Positions 63,745 to 64,000 of a DNA stretch of 64,000 nt are shown one piece after another (within the stretch, counting starts at the first letter, position 1; every line of letters starts with the position of its first letter). The notes under the pieces were generated by a model. It saw nothing but the letters and a program-made list of their open reading frames with translations, had not been told where the DNA came from and ran no database searches. The DNA comes from an uncultured Chitinophaga sp. GTDB lineage: Bacteria; Bacteroidota; Bacteroidia; Chitinophagales; Chitinophagaceae. The translations under genes were made by a program, and so were the position numbers. The DNA lies in contig CAZGGQ010000025.1 of NCBI GenBank assembly GCA_964525285.1, positions 187-64,186 on the forward strand, in the 5' to 3' direction.

Positions 63745-64000
63745 TGTTATCTGCCTGTTTCATAAATATCGCATTTTCTTCCTCAATAATCCTTCCTCAG
63801 TTATCGGGTTCCTTGATATATTTTCCTTCGATGAGTCTTCTGTCTGAGCTTTTGCGAAGCGGTTTCGGTGTTGGTTTACCATTCAATTGATTGACTGCTT
63901 TCAGGCTGCTAATTTCAATGAGTGAATTGAAACTGCTTGCGGGGACATTGTCTTTGGCTATTTATTTTGTGCGCCGGATGGAGGAGGAGGATTTATAAAA

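Overview
This window looks like a chromosomal segment of a Bacteroidota genome, probably Chitinophagaceae/Sphingobacteriia-like. The evidence is T9SS C-terminal sorting domains, TAnnTTTG-type -7 boxes, long-form NagB, DUF1080/Gfo-Idh-MocA sugar clusters, and GxxExxY and GIY-YIG mini-genes. I can support about 60 protein-coding genes, mostly housekeeping: rocD, queD, ispE, etfBA, tilS, rlmH, nagB, GH20 hexosaminidase, glycosylasparaginase, cutC, ilvE, pyk, pfkA, prolyl oligopeptidase, arginase-family enzyme and two Usp genes. There is one canonical tRNA-Arg(ACG) plus an aberrant tRNA-like copy upstream of it. No rRNA, CRISPR array, transposase or integrase is visible.

The unusual content is structural rather than one obvious new operon:
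- A family of short-period (7- or 9-nt) tandem repeats arranged as inverted arms, often around a GC hairpin, sits at gene junctions. It has also entered coding sequence in frame (tilS, GH20).
- A 20/21-nt palindrome, CCTGCCTGCCGG(A)CAGGCAGG, breaks one gene (20 nt) and sits in frame in another (21 nt).
- About 100-nt CGCAAAG...GTGAAA inverted-repeat elements occur as empty copies. One copy carries a GxxExxY (PD-(D/E)XK-like) mini-gene.
- A GIY-YIG mini-gene is bracketed by 21-nt direct repeats.
- A 1.9-kb tandem duplication grafted one T9SS export module onto two different passenger domains.
- A periplasmic caspase-TPR protein is divergent from a CHASE2 / FecR-like pair.
- At least eight genes in 64 kb are decayed, carrying in-frame TGA, TAG or TAA codons or frameshifts.
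- A possible contractile-injection-system tape-measure remnant lies at the right edge.

All homology statements come from motif recognition by eye. No searches were run.
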